Source: a virus
Lineage: Duplodnaviria; Caudoviricetes
IMG/VR virus record: IMGVR_UViG_3300006924_000175
Span: 1-24,169 of that record
DNA: 24,169 nucleotides
Strand: one strand, 5' to 3'
Position 1 is the first letter of the stretch; each line of letters starts with the position of its first letter. Below are positions 8,286-17,613 of this stretch, one piece after another. The notes under the pieces are model-generated. The model made no database searches, was not told the DNA's origin, and was given only the letters and a program-made list of their open reading frames with translations. Made by a program: the position numbers and the translations under genes.

Positions 8286-10556
8286 TCAACTAAACAAGTC
8301 AGCATCTACTACCGTAGCGTCTGTTACGACAAGGCTTCCAGCATATTCCAAGGGAACACTACCTGTTCCGTCTGTCGCAAGAAGATCTCCAGCTGCTACA
8401 ACAGCTCCCTCTGCAAAACAGGTCATGGTGGCGTATGCATTGTAAGAAAGGTCTAAAGGTATGACAGGAACAATTCCATCATTCCCATAAGCCTTCAACT
8501 CACAACTGAATTGAAGCTCAACATCAACATTCCAAGAAAAGCTTCCGCTGTCAATGGATGTTTCATTGACTATCGCTGAAGAGACTGGCGCAACCGGTGG
8601 CTGAGTACCACTGCCCATGTCTGGCCGCGAGTCCCCAACAAGGTTACTGGGAATCGTTAATGTTCCGTTAGAGAAGCCTATCCACAAACCGTTCGTAACA
8701 AAAGCAGATTCATCTCTGCTAACCCCCCAAGTTGTAGCATCCATGCGCATTGCTACGATCTTGTTCTTAGAGGGATCGCAGTAACGAAAAGGCATTCCCG
8801 GCCTCCAGTTTGTTACTATCTCAGATCTAAGAGATTCGCCCAGCTGCAATCCAAAAGCATCTCCTTTAACGCATCTTTCGATATAGTTTTCATATGTAGC
8901 TAACGCTGCACTGATCTCAGTGTCAGAGCCCAAAAGGAGAGGGATTGGAATTTGCTCTTTTAAAATGTAAGGACCAGATTCAGTAGGAGGAGTCCTGTAT
9001 CTTCCTGAAAAAAGTGGCAAAGAAGCTTCTTTTTCTTTTAAACTTGTTGTCGCTCCATTGACCCTGTCAGGAGCCGAGTCAACGGTGGTGTTTGATGATG
9101 ACTTTCTGATGTTTGTGGTCTTTATTCCCTGAAGTGCATCTATCGAAGTTGATATGCCAGACCCTCTAGAGGCGATGCTTCTATAAGTCTCTACTTTTTG
9201 AACATTAACATTGTTCTCACGATAATAAGTCGTTTCGACCCTACTGTCTCTGTACATATCAGTAAGGCTAACATTTTGATTGAAATCTTGGGGAACTCCA
9301 TTACTAACCCCAGACCTCCAGTTACTGGGCTGTGCTGCCGAAAGAGTTGGAACCCACTGCTCTAAAACAGTTTTGACTAACTCGTTAGCTTCTCCATAGT
9401 AATTATTGACACTTTGGTAACCCAGTAATATTTCGTTCATCCCTTCATATGGACAGCTAGCGTTTGGCTGACAAGCAGTAGCCCAGACACTTCGACAATA
9501 AGCAAACTTGTCAGCGAAATACTGATTGTTCGCTTCAACAGCAGGGCCCCTCAACTCGGACTGTACTTTAGAGACTTGAGCTCCTGGAGCATCGTAAGTA
9601 GTCACAGTGGTTGTTGTTCTTGTCGCAGGAAGATAGAGAGACTCTTGCGTTAATCGATATCCGTCGTTGCAAGAGTCGTTAGTAGTCCCGTCACTTCCGT
9701 TGTCTGCAGGCTGGTCAGGACTGTTTCCACAAGCGTTATCACCGCTGCCAGTTGCCGAGCCAGTGGCTACTGTAGTAATATTGCCAAGAGTTCCATTCGG
9801 GTTCGCAGAAGTAGCATCACTGTTTTTCCGAACATATATAGTGGCAGGATATCGAACAAAGTAATAAGACGTCTCCTCAACAGTATCTACTTGTCCTCTG
9901 TTATCTGTGTTCGCCAACCCTTCTGGAACTTGATATGAAAGTTTAATCTCATCTGGTATCGCTTCTGTTCCAGCTAGAGGAGCGACGCTTTCTGTTGTGA
10001 CGCCAAGAACGGATATCCACTCTCCACTCGCGAAGCTGTTATAGCTATCACCATCAAAGAGAGTCCCAATAGCCAGCGTTCCAGTGTTTGTCTGATAAAC
10101 GTATTTACCGGCAGAAGCGAAGGCCGCTGAACAATTCGGATAAGTTTCCTGAGCGACATCTAAAGGTATAGGAACAATTGACAGCAAGTCATCAATCCTT
10201 TCCGTCAATGCCATTAGAACAAGGCGACATCCGAGCTCGACCTGAAGCTGTTCTGATTCTACGTCATAATTAACTGAAATAACGTGCAAGTATCCACGCG
10301 GATGCCTATAAGTAGAACCTCCTGGCTCTACTAGGTCTAAGACAACTGGAACACCTCTGCGAAAATTATCCCGATCATAATCCTCAATGATCGGACCTCC
10401 GCGATAAGTTCCTAATGTCAATCTGCCAGTCGTCTGAATACATCCGTTTTTATAGGCGCTCAGATCAGATACCTGCCACTCTAAGAACGCTGAAGTATAA
10501 TCAACTCCATTAATAGTTAAGGAAGATACTCTAGTGTTATTAGCTAAAAATGACAT
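8286..10556 (-). CDS. Tail tip / baseplate hub protein
   Basis: 756 aa; N-terminal LTINGVDYT beta-barrel-type start; located after the tape measure and Dit-like genes. Confidence 0.6.
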   Translation of the reverse strand: MSFLANNTRVSSLTINGVDYTSAFLEWQVSDLSAYKNGCIQTTGRLTLGTYRGGPIIEDYDRDNFRRGVPVVLDLVEPGGSTYRHPRGYLHVISVNYDVESEQLQVELGCRLVLMALTERIDDLLSIVPIPLDVAQETYPNCSAAFASAGKYVYQTNTGTLAIGTLFDGDSYNSFASGEWISVLGVTTESVAPLAGTEAIPDEIKLSYQVPEGLANTDNRGQVDTVEETSYYFVRYPATIYVRKNSDATSANPNGTLGNITTVATGSATGSGDNACGNSPDQPADNGSDGTTNDSCNDGYRLTQESLYLPATRTTTTVTTYDAPGAQVSKVQSELRGPAVEANNQYFADKFAYCRSVWATACQPNASCPYEGMNEILLGYQSVNNYYGEANELVKTVLEQWVPTLSAAQPSNWRSGVSNGVPQDFNQNVSLTDMYRDSRVETTYYRENNVNVQKVETYRSIASRGSGISTSIDALQGIKTTNIRKSSSNTTVDSAPDRVNGATTSLKEKEASLPLFSGRYRTPPTESGPYILKEQIPIPLLLGSDTEISAALATYENYIERCVKGDAFGLQLGESLRSEIVTNWRPGMPFRYCDPSKNKIVAMRMDATTWGVSRDESAFVTNGLWIGFSNGTLTIPSNLVGDSRPDMGSGTQPPVAPVSSAIVNETSIDSGSFSWNVDVELQFSCELKAYGNDGIVPVIPLDLSYNAYATMTCFAEGAVVAAGDLLATDGTGSVPLEYAGSLVVTDATVVDADLFS

Positions 10557-10557
10557 A

Positions 10558-10959
10558 TCAAACCTCCGTTAATCCGAAAGCGACCAAAGTGAATCCGGGA
10601 CCCATCCTTAGATAAGAAGGTGGAGTTGAGAAAACAGCGCTACTGCTAACAGTTGAACCGAAAGTCTCATCAGTGACCCCACAGGCCGCCGCTAACCCAT
10701 TGGAGCGGTCTGTGTCCCAAGCTTGGAACATAGTATCGAATGAGGTAGCTTCAGCCGTAGGGACTAGGGCAGAAATAGCCCAAATGTATTTCTGTCTGTA
10801 TGCCGGACCTGAAATTATAGATGTTCCATTCGCAGACTGGCTAAAAGAAGCGTTTGCTTGATAGGTCCTTGGCAACGCATTGTCTGTAAAATTCTCAAAA
10901 GTAAAGCTATAAACGGGCGTCCCACCCGATGGCGTGTACGATACTCCGATCTGCGACAT
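10558..10959 (-). CDS. Distal tail (Dit-like) protein
   Basis: 133 aa; S.NG...SG....KY.W.IS and terminal F.L.EV pattern; located downstream of the tape measure gene. Confidence 0.55.
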   Translation of the reverse strand: MSQIGVSYTPSGGTPVYSFTFENFTDNALPRTYQANASFSQSANGTSIISGPAYRQKYIWAISALVPTAEATSFDTMFQAWDTDRSNGLAAACGVTDETFGSTVSSSAVFSTPPSYLRMGPGFTLVAFGLTEV

Positions 10960-10978
10960 CTCAGGGGCCTAGCTGGTG

Positions 10979-10988
10979 CTAGGATTCC
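10979..10988 (-). promoter_or_regulatory. Late-promoter-like motif GGAATCCTAG
   Basis: 19 nt before ATG 10959; includes the upstream stop codon. Confidence 0.65.
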
Positions 10989-11335
10989 GAACTCCAGACG
11001 CCAGCTAGCTTCCTATATTTGTCAACGTTTTCTCTTGTCACGCCCAAGACAACCTGATGCTTGCCATTCTTTACCATGCTCCTAAACCTGTCAGAGGCCT
11101 CTGCTAGAGCCACGAAGACCTCGTCGTACTCTGCTACGAGTATTTCAAGGGCTTCCTCTTCAATACCCTCTTCAAGGGCGTTCCTGACGGCTGAATACAG
11201 ATAAGTCAATGTATTTCGCAAGTCTTGCTCTTCCATTTCATTCAAGGAACAGTCCGGCAAGGCAGGGCCTTTCATCCTGAGAGCACTTTCACGAAATAGA
11301 GTAGCAGTGTCTTCTGGCTTGCCAAAGTCAAACAT
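10979..11335 (-). CDS. Hypothetical acidic helical protein
   Basis: ORF-track 10979..11356. Start moved to ATG 11335 (MFDFGK) because GGTATAATTG at 11354-11363 lies 18 nt upstream. Confidence 0.65.
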   Translation of the reverse strand: MFDFGKPEDTATLFRESALRMKGPALPDCSLNEMEEQDLRNTLTYLYSAVRNALEEGIEEEALEILVAEYDEVFVALAEASDRFRSMVKNGKHQVVLGVTRENVDKYRKLAGVWSSES

Positions 11336-11352
11336 AAAAGGTCCCTGTCTGA

Positions 11353-14169
11353 TCAATTATACCGAAGTCTCTTGAGTTTAGCCAGTTGAACCATTATGTC
11401 GCTGGCAGCTTGTGTAGTATTAGCTGACTCTATCGTGACATTGTTAGTAACAGTGTCTCCGCCTACAGCTCCCAGAAGTGCGGAAATCAGTCTGTTCGTG
11501 CTTGTTCCACCGCTAGGCGTGCTTGAAACCTTGTTTAAATTGACGCCGCCACTTGGCACGTTAAGCCTTCTTGTCATGTGAGCCGGGATGACTGTCCCTG
11601 ACGAAGGAGCTTTCCATTTCCCGTAAGAAGGAGCGTTGATCATGCTTAGCCGACCACTGGCGGACAGAAATGCTTCTTTGCCTAATTCGTTGACAGTGTA
11701 AGAGCTTCCGCCCGATACAGGCCCTCCTGCAAACCTGCTATTCAATGCATTATTAAATGCTTGCGTTCCGTCACCCTCTAATGCGGATGCATTTTGCGCA
11801 GCCCTTGCTAGCCTTTCAGCCTGCTCTGCTGCAGTGGCGTAACTGTCTGCAAGATTGTTTACCAGGCTTATCTGTGTGCTAACCGCCGAGTTGGTAATAT
11901 CTACAGTAACCCCGAGCCTTTTAGCTCCCTTCATAGCGTTGTCTATCTCGTCGACTACTTCGGCCTGTTCCTTTTTGTTTCTCTTTAATTTTTTCGACAG
12001 GCTGTCGTAATCTTCTTGAAGCTTTGCCATCATGTCCTCATGCATTTTTTTTGTCCTAGTTAAAATATCTTCTCTGTCCTTCTCTAGTCTCTTCTGTCGA
12101 TCCATTATTACGCTCTCCTCTTTTTTCTTTTCGATCCTTAATCGCTCAATCTGTTCTTGCCTATTCATTCTTTCTAAACGCGCTCTAGCACTTAGCAACG
12201 CTTCGTTATCAAGCTTCCCACTACTTATTTTTTGCGCAAGCTGTTGTTTTTGAAAGTTATAAAGTTGTTGCTCGGCGGGCCCTCTCTGACTTAGCTGTCC
12301 AATCTCTAAGTCATAACGTTCTCTTACTTTTGCGAGAATACTGTTAAGGCGAGAATCCTCGGCGTCGTAGCGTGCGTTCACATTAGCTACGGCTGTATCG
12401 TAGGCAGCCTTTTCGCCATCCATCCTTTCTTTTACTTTTTCCCTGGTTGATTGGATCTCTGTCCTTTCCTTTTCATATCGCTCCTTGATAGCTTCCTTTT
12501 GGCTTTTTAGAGTTTCGACACCTTGATCAAGAGCCTCTTTAGCGCCTTGAGCTGCATCTCGAGACGCTTTCAAGGCCTCTTTCATGCCGCCCTGAGAGGC
12601 TGCTTCGTTAGCCTCTTCGAAGCCTTCCTTTACTCCATCAACGCTTCCCTCTAGTTCTTTTGCCGCCGCTGTTTCCTCGTCCGTCTTAGCCTTGAGCGCA
12701 GCCATCGCTCCAGCTGCCGCGCCTACTCCTACCGCCAGGATGGCCCAGCCCTTCGGGCCGCTAAGCCCCAATAGGGCCGCTTTAGCCTTAACAGCAAACC
12801 AAGTTTGCATTGTTATTAGCTTCATTACATGCCTAATCCCGCCAAGAGCTTTTACGATTGCCAAAATTGCGCCCGCATTCTGAAGGCCATAATATATTCC
12901 TGTGGCCGTAATAAGCCCTCCCAAAGCTAATGCAGCCCCTTCTATGGCTCCTTTGATCACAACCATATTGTCAGTTATATCTTTAGCCATTTTTTTTATT
13001 CCATCACTCAGATCGAATATTAATTCTGAAAAAGCCTCCATAGGTTCCGAAAGAGCTCCACCCATAGAATCATCTATTTCGTTAAAAGCATCGATAATTT
13101 CTTTGGCCAGAGCTTGGAAAGAAGCAGCAATTTTGGCTAAACGACCAGCAAAAGTCTCTTGCATTCTGTCGGCAATTTCACGAAAGCTTGTGCCTTCTGC
13201 TGTCATGCTTTTAAGGGCAGCTGTAACTTCTGTTCCAGTTATTTTTCCTTCTGCAGCCATCTCCTTGAGTGCTACAACACTTTTTCCTGTTACGTCAGCA
13301 AGTGAGTCCCAGATAGGAACACCCTGGATAGCAAATTGAGTCAAGTCACGAGTATAAGCTCGACCCTGAGCCACAATTTGCCCCATGTTTCTTCCCAGTA
13401 AATTAATATCTCCACCAGTAGCCGCTGAGACAACAGCCAGCTGCTCTGTTGCCTGTACGGCTTCTTCAGTCGACATACCGAAAGCCATCATGATCTTGGC
13501 TGCATTGGCTACCTGCTTAAGGTCAAACGGGCTAGCTGCTGCGATCTCAATGAATTGAGCAAATGCTGCGTCGGCTTGTTTTGCGCCTCCCGTAAAACCT
13601 TCTAACTGAAGAGTCAATGTCTCCATTTCCACGGCTGACGCCGCAAACTGACCAATACCTTGAACGATCTTCAAGACGCCGGTAGTAGCCAAATTTGCGG
13701 CAGTCTGAATAAGAGCAAACCTGGCACCAATCTTGTCAATCACTCCAGAAGACTGTCCAACCTTTTCCATCTCCTTGCCAACTTTCTTGATCCTGGCCGT
13801 TAAAGTCTTAAATTCTTCCGTAACTTGTTTTGTTCCATTCTTGAACTTTTGAGTATCACCTAAAAGTGCTTTAAGAATTTGACTTTGTTTTTTAAGTTGA
13901 TTTGGAGTTTTGCCCAACTCGCCATTCACGGCTTTATGTATCTCACCTAGCCTGTTTGATTCTTGTCTGATCTTCTGTATTTCTTTTGTTACGAGTTTGC
14001 CATTTTTAAATTCTACCTTAACTTGAGTTTCAAGTTTCTGGTTAAAAGCCGCATTTAATTTTGACTTCGCTTGCAGCGAACCTTTATCGAAACTTTCAAA
14101 AAAGTTATTTACAGCTTCTACAGCCTTACTATTGTCGACGTCAAGGTTAAATACTAAATTTTCAGCCAC
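11353..14169 (-). CDS. Tail tape measure protein
   Basis: 938 aa, Ala-rich and helical; tape-measure domain (SPFDL...GQIVAQGR...QFAIQGVPIW); hydrophobic central helices; coiled coil; C-terminal RFAGGPV....YTVNE.G.E.F motif. Confidence 0.93.
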   Translation of the reverse strand: MAENLVFNLDVDNSKAVEAVNNFFESFDKGSLQAKSKLNAAFNQKLETQVKVEFKNGKLVTKEIQKIRQESNRLGEIHKAVNGELGKTPNQLKKQSQILKALLGDTQKFKNGTKQVTEEFKTLTARIKKVGKEMEKVGQSSGVIDKIGARFALIQTAANLATTGVLKIVQGIGQFAASAVEMETLTLQLEGFTGGAKQADAAFAQFIEIAAASPFDLKQVANAAKIMMAFGMSTEEAVQATEQLAVVSAATGGDINLLGRNMGQIVAQGRAYTRDLTQFAIQGVPIWDSLADVTGKSVVALKEMAAEGKITGTEVTAALKSMTAEGTSFREIADRMQETFAGRLAKIAASFQALAKEIIDAFNEIDDSMGGALSEPMEAFSELIFDLSDGIKKMAKDITDNMVVIKGAIEGAALALGGLITATGIYYGLQNAGAILAIVKALGGIRHVMKLITMQTWFAVKAKAALLGLSGPKGWAILAVGVGAAAGAMAALKAKTDEETAAAKELEGSVDGVKEGFEEANEAASQGGMKEALKASRDAAQGAKEALDQGVETLKSQKEAIKERYEKERTEIQSTREKVKERMDGEKAAYDTAVANVNARYDAEDSRLNSILAKVRERYDLEIGQLSQRGPAEQQLYNFQKQQLAQKISSGKLDNEALLSARARLERMNRQEQIERLRIEKKKEESVIMDRQKRLEKDREDILTRTKKMHEDMMAKLQEDYDSLSKKLKRNKKEQAEVVDEIDNAMKGAKRLGVTVDITNSAVSTQISLVNNLADSYATAAEQAERLARAAQNASALEGDGTQAFNNALNSRFAGGPVSGGSSYTVNELGKEAFLSASGRLSMINAPSYGKWKAPSSGTVIPAHMTRRLNVPSGGVNLNKVSSTPSGGTSTNRLISALLGAVGGDTVTNNVTIESANTTQAASDIMVQLAKLKRLRYN

Positions 14170-14187
14170 GTCGAACCCAGAGCTGGC

Positions 14188-14197
14188 CTAGTCTTCC
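14188..14197 (-). promoter_or_regulatory. Late-promoter-like motif GGAAGACTAG
   Basis: 18 nt before GTG 14169, directly after a terminator. Confidence 0.65.
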
Positions 14198-14200
14198 CAA

Positions 14201-14224
14201 TAAAAAGACCCCAAATGGGGTCTT
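14201..14224 (-). terminator. Intrinsic terminator after the tail tube gene
   Basis: AAGACCCC-ATTT-GGGGTCTT followed by TTTA on the minus strand. Confidence 0.8.
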
Positions 14225-14251
14225 GTATGATAAAAAGAAGCTTTAAGCCGA

Positions 14252-14845
14252 TCAAGAGATCGGGTCAAGCTCAAGCTGGTAAGCTGCATATCCTGTGATA
14301 GAGCATTCCCAGGAAACGATTGACGAAACCTCGTTGCTTTCTGTGTAGCCCGAAAGGGTGCCGTAACCGTAAACGGTTTCAACGGTTCCCGTAGGGCCCT
14401 TGCGCACGAGCTTAACTCGAAGACTGTCAGCCACGGTATTAGCTTCGGTCAAGCGAAGGATTTGATATCCTACATCTTTGAAATCAGCAACACCAGAAAG
14501 GGAGATAGAGAAGCTCTTGGTGGTAGCAACAGCCTGATTGAAACCTTTAGTGCTGTTATCATAAGTATAGATGTCTTCAGAGCCCGTGTCGGTTTCCAAA
14601 GATGCGGCAGTCAAACCAGCCAGACGGACGGGATCGTCTGTTCCGTCCATAGCAAAAGTAGTGCCTCCTACTGTAAAAACACCGGCGGAATAGGTGACGG
14701 CCCCAGAGGCCAAAGTGGTAGTGTCGATAAAACCGTTTGTAGGTGAATCAGCAGATGTGATTCCAGCGAAAGTTACATCAATAGAAGCTGAGGCCAAAGG
14801 AACAATGAAGAAATCGTACCCGAAGGCAGCAGAAAAATTTGCCAT
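14252..14845 (-). CDS. Major tail (tube) protein
   Basis: 197 aa; L.GLT.ASL....D..TYD....GF...V.T.KS.S.S.SG and G.G.L..Y.E...V.W...I.GY tube-fold pattern; directly upstream of the tape measure gene and followed by a terminator. Confidence 0.82.
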   Translation of the reverse strand: MANFSAAFGYDFFIVPLASASIDVTFAGITSADSPTNGFIDTTTLASGAVTYSAGVFTVGGTTFAMDGTDDPVRLAGLTAASLETDTGSEDIYTYDNSTKGFNQAVATTKSFSISLSGVADFKDVGYQILRLTEANTVADSLRVKLVRKGPTGTVETVYGYGTLSGYTESNEVSSIVSWECSITGYAAYQLELDPIS

Positions 14846-14853
14846 ATATAGGG

Positions 14854-14913
14854 AACGGGCTTAGCCCGAGTGAAGGTAGCTCGGACCTTCTCGGCCCGTT
14901 ATCTTATATTTCC
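14854..14913 (-). promoter_or_regulatory. Promoter-like motif (14904-14913) plus long hairpin leader (14854-14900) of the tail tube gene
   Basis: GGAAATATAA followed by AACGGG-CCGAG-AAGGT-loop-ACCTT-CA-CTCGG-GCTAAG-CCCGTT. Confidence 0.55.
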
Positions 14914-14927
14914 AATCAAAACATTTT

Positions 14928-15365
14928 TCAGAGTGGATTGATAGGCATATTTGACTTGATGAAGATTTTTGTTTGCACAAGAGAACCCAATCCATCAGGA
15001 GTGGCGACTGTTTGAACAGCTTCAGATCCAACAAAGCGACTCATTATTCTATTTGAAGCCTCTTGCAAATCTCTGCCCTTCGAAGGTTCCCAAGCAATCA
15101 AAAAAACGTTCCAAGTAATAACTATATCTGAGACATCTGTGAGGTAAGACTGCAGAACTGCTGTTCCGGCATCTTGAATAACGCATTCTATTCCTTGTAC
15201 ATTTCTAATCTCTGGCAAGTCTTCTCCAGCGCTTACGACAGATAATGCCGTAGTTGTACCACTGCCTGATTCAAAGTTATAGGTGCCAAGAAGACTTGTG
15301 AAAACTGAATCAGCAGCCAGCGCATCATAAACAACCTGAGCCGTAACGGGAAATTGCTGAGTCAT
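14928..15365 (-). CDS. Tail terminator / tail completion protein
   Basis: VVYDALAAD..FTSLLG N-terminus (DUF3168-like); upstream of the tube gene. Start moved to ATG 15365, 20 nt from GGCATACTAG at 15386-15395. Confidence 0.6.
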   Translation of the reverse strand: MTQQFPVTAQVVYDALAADSVFTSLLGTYNFESGSGTTTALSVVSAGEDLPEIRNVQGIECVIQDAGTAVLQSYLTDVSDIVITWNVFLIAWEPSKGRDLQEASNRIMSRFVGSEAVQTVATPDGLGSLVQTKIFIKSNMPINPL

Positions 15366-15493
15366 AGAGCTTGTAATCGTCGTTCCTAGTATGCCGCTAC
15401 CGGTAGAATAAAGGCAAGACATACCACTGGAGGCCCCGTGCAGCCAAAGATTAAAGAACTCGTTCTCAGTGGCTATGTTTGGATAATAATCTG

Positions 15494-15943
15494 ATGTTTC
15501 ATCCGCAGGATCACGCTCCCGTTTATGAGCGAATGTCAGATTACTTATTCAACATGTCTGCTTTAACCCGAAGAGAGGCGCGTCATCAATGGCGCAATGC
15601 TATCAAAGAATGCTGGAACAATCGGTGTGCCTACTGTGGTCGAACTCCTATCGACGACGAAAGCCTAACCGTAGATCATGTAAGGCCTAAGTCGGCAGGC
15701 GGTGAAGACCGCACCAGTAATTGTATCCCCGCTTGTATGGAATGCAACCAGAATAAATCGAGTCAGGAGTGGATAGCATGGTACAAAATGCAACCCTTCT
15801 ATTCTATTGCAGGAGAATGGAGAATCAAGCAATGGCTTTCTCGCGGGCTGTCTGACTTTGGTCCATACGATGAAGAAGACTCTCGTATTGTCGATGATTA
15901 TGCTAATAAGATAATGGGGTCATGGCCTACGGGTAAAGAGTAA
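15494..15943 (+). CDS. HNH endonuclease (antisense to the late module)
   Basis: CAYCG...LTVDHVRPKSAGG.D..SNCIPAC.ECNQNK. The start is uncertain (TTG 15479, ATG 15494 or later). Confidence 0.9.
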   Translation: MFHPQDHAPVYERMSDYLFNMSALTRREARHQWRNAIKECWNNRCAYCGRTPIDDESLTVDHVRPKSAGGEDRTSNCIPACMECNQNKSSQEWIAWYKMQPFYSIAGEWRIKQWLSRGLSDFGPYDEEDSRIVDDYANKIMGSWPTGKE

Positions 15944-16547
15944 TATCTTCTTCTGCTATAATTTTAGTGTGAATAAAGGGCACACTCAGCATTAAGCTGC
16001 TTCCTCTCCCATCGTTAAATCGCCTTACTTGATTGCTCGCGCTTTCTTTTGCAATCAGAAGGCCTTTATATCCTGCCTCGGCTTTGACTGGATGCAGCAA
16101 GATAGCATCTTCTGATACGAATCCAGAGATCCCAGGAACGTACCCAGGATCAGCTATTGAAGAAAGCTCTTTAAAGCAGAACAAAGCCCACGGGGGGAAA
16201 CTCCCATCTTTGACCATAGCAAGTGCAGCTGAACCGTACTTAGAAGAAGGTAATTTGCTTGAATCTTTTGGTTTGAAGAAAGAAAAGTCTTCTATCTTGT
16301 ACGCTTCCGCTTTCTTCTTCGGATCCCTTTGCTGATTGGCCAGTAAGACGGTCTGCTGAGCGACGGGGAGTTCGCTCTCATACAGACCAGTCTGATGCAT
16401 TTCCATGCCTCTTTTGATAGCATTCAGGACATAGCCATATGAGAGCTCTCCATATTTACCTACTGTAAAGTCTGGATCACCAGGAAAGAGCCATTTGAGA
16501 CGCCAGTAGAACGTTTCAAATGGAATATTTTGCTCTCCCGCTGCTAT
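15927..16547 (-). CDS. Tail assembly chaperone, -1 frameshift extension (gpGT-like C-terminal part)
   Basis: The frame of ORF 15927..16406 stays open upstream to the slippery site: IAAGEQNIPFETFYWRLKWLFPGDPDFTVGKYGELSYGYVLNAIKRG-MEMHQ. Confidence 0.75.
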   Translation of the reverse strand: MAAGEQNIPFETFYWRLKWLFPGDPDFTVGKYGELSYGYVLNAIKRGMEMHQTGLYESELPVAQQTVLLANQQRDPKKKAEAYKIEDFSFFKPKDSSKLPSSKYGSAALAMVKDGSFPPWALFCFKELSSIADPGYVPGISGFVSEDAILLHPVKAEAGYKGLLIAKESASNQVRRFNDGRGSSLMLSVPFIHTKIIAEEDITLYP

Positions 16548-17065
16548 TTTCCCTCAGTAACGAGCTCCTCTTCGTTTTTCTCAAAAGCTTCCGTCGATCT
16601 ATTGTCTTCGTCTAAAAAAAGGTCATACAATTCTTCGACTAGATCAGGATGTAAATTCATTGTTTGATCGATAGTCCAGTCTTGAGAGAGACGAAACAAG
16701 ATCAAGCAGCTAGCAGCAATCGCCTTGCGGCGTTGCTCATATACGCTTAAGACACTGATAAGTTCGTCTACTTCTTCCTCATAACCAATAAAACAATCTG
16801 CACCGAGGTCTCCCTCGCCGAGTTTTTGAATAACCTCTTGAGCTTGGACTCCGTTTTCTCTTGAAATTTTGCCAGATAATCGCTGCAAACGACCTACTGT
16901 CTCGTCAGAAGCGCCAGCCTGTTGCATGAAACTTTTTTCTGCTACAGTTAAGTAACCTTTTCGTTCAATTTCAATCTGGCCTGAGTCTTCATCACCTAAG
17001 GTCTCCAAAACAGGAGCACGCCGAGGAGCAACAAGAAAAGGCAGCGTAACTTTCTTTTTGGCCAT
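16544..17065 (-). CDS. Tail assembly chaperone (gpG-like)
   Basis: 173 aa, acidic, ending E-G-K-stop on G GGA AAA TAG; GGTACAATAC motif (17084-17093) lies 18 nt upstream. Confidence 0.75.
   Translation of the reverse strand: MAKKKVTLPFLVAPRRAPVLETLGDEDSGQIEIERKGYLTVAEKSFMQQAGASDETVGRLQRLSGKISRENGVQAQEVIQKLGEGDLGADCFIGYEEEVDELISVLSVYEQRRKAIAASCLILFRLSQDWTIDQTMNLHPDLVEELYDLFLDEDNRSTEAFEKNEEELVTEGK
16547..16553 (-). other. Programmed -1 ribosomal frameshift slippery site GGGAAAA
   Basis: X XXY YYZ heptamer directly before the stop codon, with 206 open codons in the -1 frame. Confidence 0.8.
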
Positions 17066-17100
17066 CTTTCTTTTAAGTCTGATGTATTGTACCTACTCAC

Positions 17101-17613
17101 CTACATACTGGCCCAAGCATCTCTAATGGCTTCTCCATACGGAGTACGGAGATCTACTTTTGTTATACCGTTTCCGCCTTTTAGTACTGACTCAATCCAT
17201 GGTCTAGGAGGAAGATAAACAGCTCTTGCACTTTTATTACCATAAGGCTGTATATATCCTCCGTAATGAGTCATATTAGCATAGGGAGAATTGTACTTAA
17301 TAGTCCAAGCTGTCATGTTAGGGTAATGAGCATACCTGACATCTCTAGAAGCTTTCAAGTCTCCCATGTCTACAATATTACGCGGAGTAAATACTTGCGA
17401 ACCATTATCTCTTAAGGTCATTCCAGTCCAGTTCCAAATCCTTGAATCCATCGCTTGGTCTAAAGCTATTTCTAGCTTAGTGGTTACGGCCCTAGCTCCC
17501 TGGCGCATGCCTTTTAGTAATGCCATGTCAGCCTTAGCTCTCAGCACAGGGTTTTTCCAACTGACTTTTACCTTAGGAGGCAAAAGTTGAAGAGAAGCTT
17601 TAAATCCATCCAT
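17101..17613 (-). CDS. Neck / virion morphogenesis protein (HK97 gp10-like)
   Basis: PRNIVD.G.L.AS, Y..PYA...HYG and P.RPW motifs; basic protein. Confidence 0.7.
   Translation of the reverse strand: MDGFKASLQLLPPKVKVSWKNPVLRAKADMALLKGMRQGARAVTTKLEIALDQAMDSRIWNWTGMTLRDNGSQVFTPRNIVDMGDLKASRDVRYAHYPNMTAWTIKYNSPYANMTHYGGYIQPYGNKSARAVYLPPRPWIESVLKGGNGITKVDLRTPYGEAIRDAWASM

Noticed and set aside
15400-15950. Group I intron or intein hosting the HNH
   Set aside because: The flanking genes appear complete, with their own starts and stops, and no intron core elements were recognised.
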